A stretch of 62,394 nt of DNA from Octopus bimaculoides (taxonomy: Eukaryota), in NCBI RefSeq assembly GCF_001194135.2, contig NC_068986.1, positions 11,573,292-11,635,685 on the forward strand. The letters are read 5' to 3'. Both the position numbers and the translations under genes were made by a program. Positions 61,613 through 62,394 of this stretch are shown here, piece by piece. Position 1 is the first letter of the stretch. Each line of letters begins with the position of its first letter. The notes under the pieces are model-generated. The model worked only from the letters and a program-made list of their open reading frames with translations. It was not told the origin of the DNA and did no database searches.

Positions 61613-62069
61613 GGGGGAGAGAATAACAACAGTAAAATGTCTAAGACACACAGACAATCATATGTCATCTTCATCATTTTAGCATCTACTTTTCCTTGTT
61701 TGCATGGTTGGATAGAGTTTTTTGTTTTAGGCATGCTTTCTAAGGCCTTTCTTGTTGCCAACCCTAACCTGTTTCCAATTGAGATTATATTTCCTCATGG
61801 TCAGACAGGTTTTCACAGAAGACTGGAAATGAATGACATTTACAACAATCACAAGAAGACACAAACATACATAGATATACATCAGAGTATCGCAGTATCG
61901 ACCAAACCATCAGATTTTGATATACACCGCTGGTTACAATGCACTTCCAATTCCGTCTAAATTACACCATTCTTTTCTGCCTCGACCCAAATTGTTTGAT
62001 TAAATCATCTTCCCAGCATCATAGAGCCCTTCCAAGTGGCCTCCATCTCAATCTCTTGGATGAATATAT

Positions 62070-62394
62070 AAGAGTATGAAGACAGGGAAAGCCCCCGGCC
62101 CATCATGAATCACTGCAGAGATGCTCAAAATATCTGGCAGTCTTGGCTATAGCCTAGTCACCCGTATTACGAACCAGGTGATACACGAAGGAGTCATACC
62201 CAATGACTGGTGTAGCAGCATCATAGTCAACTGCTACAAAGGTAAAGGTGACGCTTTAGATACAAATAATTACAGAGGCATCAAGCTGTTAGATCAGGTT
62301 ATGAAAGTTACGGAGAGGGTCATAGCCCAACTAATTAGGGAGCAAATCAATTTAGATGAGATGCAGTTTGGGTTCGTGCCAGGTAAAAGCACCA
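62070..62394 (+). mobile_element. RTE-clade LINE, N-terminal part of the RT domain; runs off the window
   Basis: KSMKTGKAPGPS*ITAEML...IPNDWCSSIIVNCYKGKGDALDTNNYRGIKLL...QFGFVPGKST; one in-frame stop. Confidence 0.9.

Overview
Eukaryotic, AT-rich, repeat-dominated scaffold segment with 8 N-gaps; no bacterial operons, rRNA, true tRNA genes or CRISPR. The repeats (tRNA-headed SINEs, RTE-type LINEs with (GAT)n tails, Tx1/L1-like LINE, Tc1/mariner, pogo- and piggyBac-like MITEs, many TA/CAT/TG microsatellites) suggest a cephalopod, probably octopus, genome; this is inference and was not searched. Best-supported gene: an unidentified minus-strand intron-containing gene (exons 51398-51297, 50079-49957, 49888-49858, 49788-49653, uncertain middle exon(s), acidic terminal exon 38723-37785). 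A weaker chain of plus-strand exons starts at ATG 17545 and may interleave antisense with it, including two paralogous 39-nt H-x3-C microexons. Most striking hand-found signal: several minimal type-I hammerhead ribozyme (HHR) folds with palindromic helix III. They occur in a 350-nt tandem plus inverted array (24055-24900, retrozyme/Penelope-like), in the tail of a tRNA-headed SINE (43703-43944), next to a perfect 53-bp inverted repeat (40180-40270), and at 26854 and 60398. All calls come from manual reading; no BLAST, Infernal or RNA data were available, and repeat boundaries are approximate.
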